This document shows, piece by piece, positions 63,429 through 64,000 of a DNA stretch of 64,000 nt. Each line of letters starts with the position of its first letter. The stretch's first letter is position 1. The DNA comes from Anthoceros angustus (Eukaryota > Plantae > Anthocerotophyta), in assembly GCA_010909165.1 (NCBI GenBank), contig VJWM01000118.1:186001-250000 (forward strand), in the 5' to 3' direction. Under the pieces are notes generated by a model. The model was given only the letters and a program-made list of their open reading frames with translations. It made no database searches and was not told the origin of the DNA. Position numbers and translations under genes: made by a program.

Positions 63429-64000
63429 GTGGGTTTACGTAGCTTGTCCTATCCTAGTTTGAGCAATTTATAGATGCAATTTCCATAGCTCTTTAGGCAA
63501 GCCTCGTGAGACTAGAGTTTATTACACATTGTAAGTTGAAGCATGAAAGATATTTGACATAATATATCGAATATTATTTTTTCAATATAAAATCTTGTTA
63601 AATCCATTAACTAAATCTGTGATTTTAGCCTTAAAATCTCAATTGATTGATAGGCGATTTCTCATGTTTTTGATCTCATGCGATCCAAATAAGTCTTACG
63701 TAGATAAGATTGTAACAATAACATGAGGTATGATTTATTGTTCTTGGGATGACAAACCCGTGCCTCTTTTTGCGTTCTTGAGCTAATCACAAAACGGGCA
63801 CATATGGTGAGTTTGATGATGTGAGGTAAGATGGAATTACACAGGTAGCGGGATGCCTAGATGGCAACATCACCACAGCCACAGTGCTAGAACACACGAA
63901 GAGCATACAAGGCGGTCTTTGTCCTCTTCACGGACCTCGAGAACGCAGCGTTCTAGATTGTGGAAATAGGCCTCGTTTCCAAGATCATCCACCTAACCCC

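Larger units (their letters stand above)
60924..64000. repeat. ~1.88-kb tandem segmental repeat (unit 1 60924-62801; unit 2 from 62802, running off the window)
   Basis: GAGCTTATAAAGAGGGAGCTTATG begins both units. The (TTTA)n tract, RING ORF and 3' sequence are colinear. Confidence 0.92.

Overview
This window is eukaryotic nuclear DNA from a land plant. It has short GT-AG introns (~80-170 bp), GC-rich exons and tightly packed genes; a compact-genome seed-free plant such as a hornwort or lycophyte is a plausible inference. The left ~40 kb is dominated by three Ty3/Gypsy LTR retrotransposons. (i) 1-~2000: the 3' end of a plus-strand chromovirus. (ii) 2942-21681: a complete minus-strand non-chromovirus with Athila-like RT and PBS, very long (~4.45 kb) LTRs and a CTTCT target-site duplication, inserted into a 32-bp minisatellite. 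(iii) 30759-40311: a complete minus-strand chromovirus with ~300-bp LTRs, a tRNA-Met PBS and a GATTG TSD. A HAK/KUP K+ transporter lies between (ii) and (iii). The right ~22 kb is gene-dense: GIL1/IRKI-like, EXO70A, STR16-like rhodanese, a possible pTAC5-like relic, two paralogous secreted SSPAFAP-repeat genes, an EMB976-like PPR gene, an ankyrin gene and a tandemly repeated RING-H2 cassette. The most unusual observation is that each giant LTR of element (ii) seems to carry a ~2.9-kb sense-strand coding region in U3. Caveat: repeat regions are full of small deletions and microhomology-bounded tandem duplications that look like long-read assembly or polishing artefacts, so many frameshifts may not be real.
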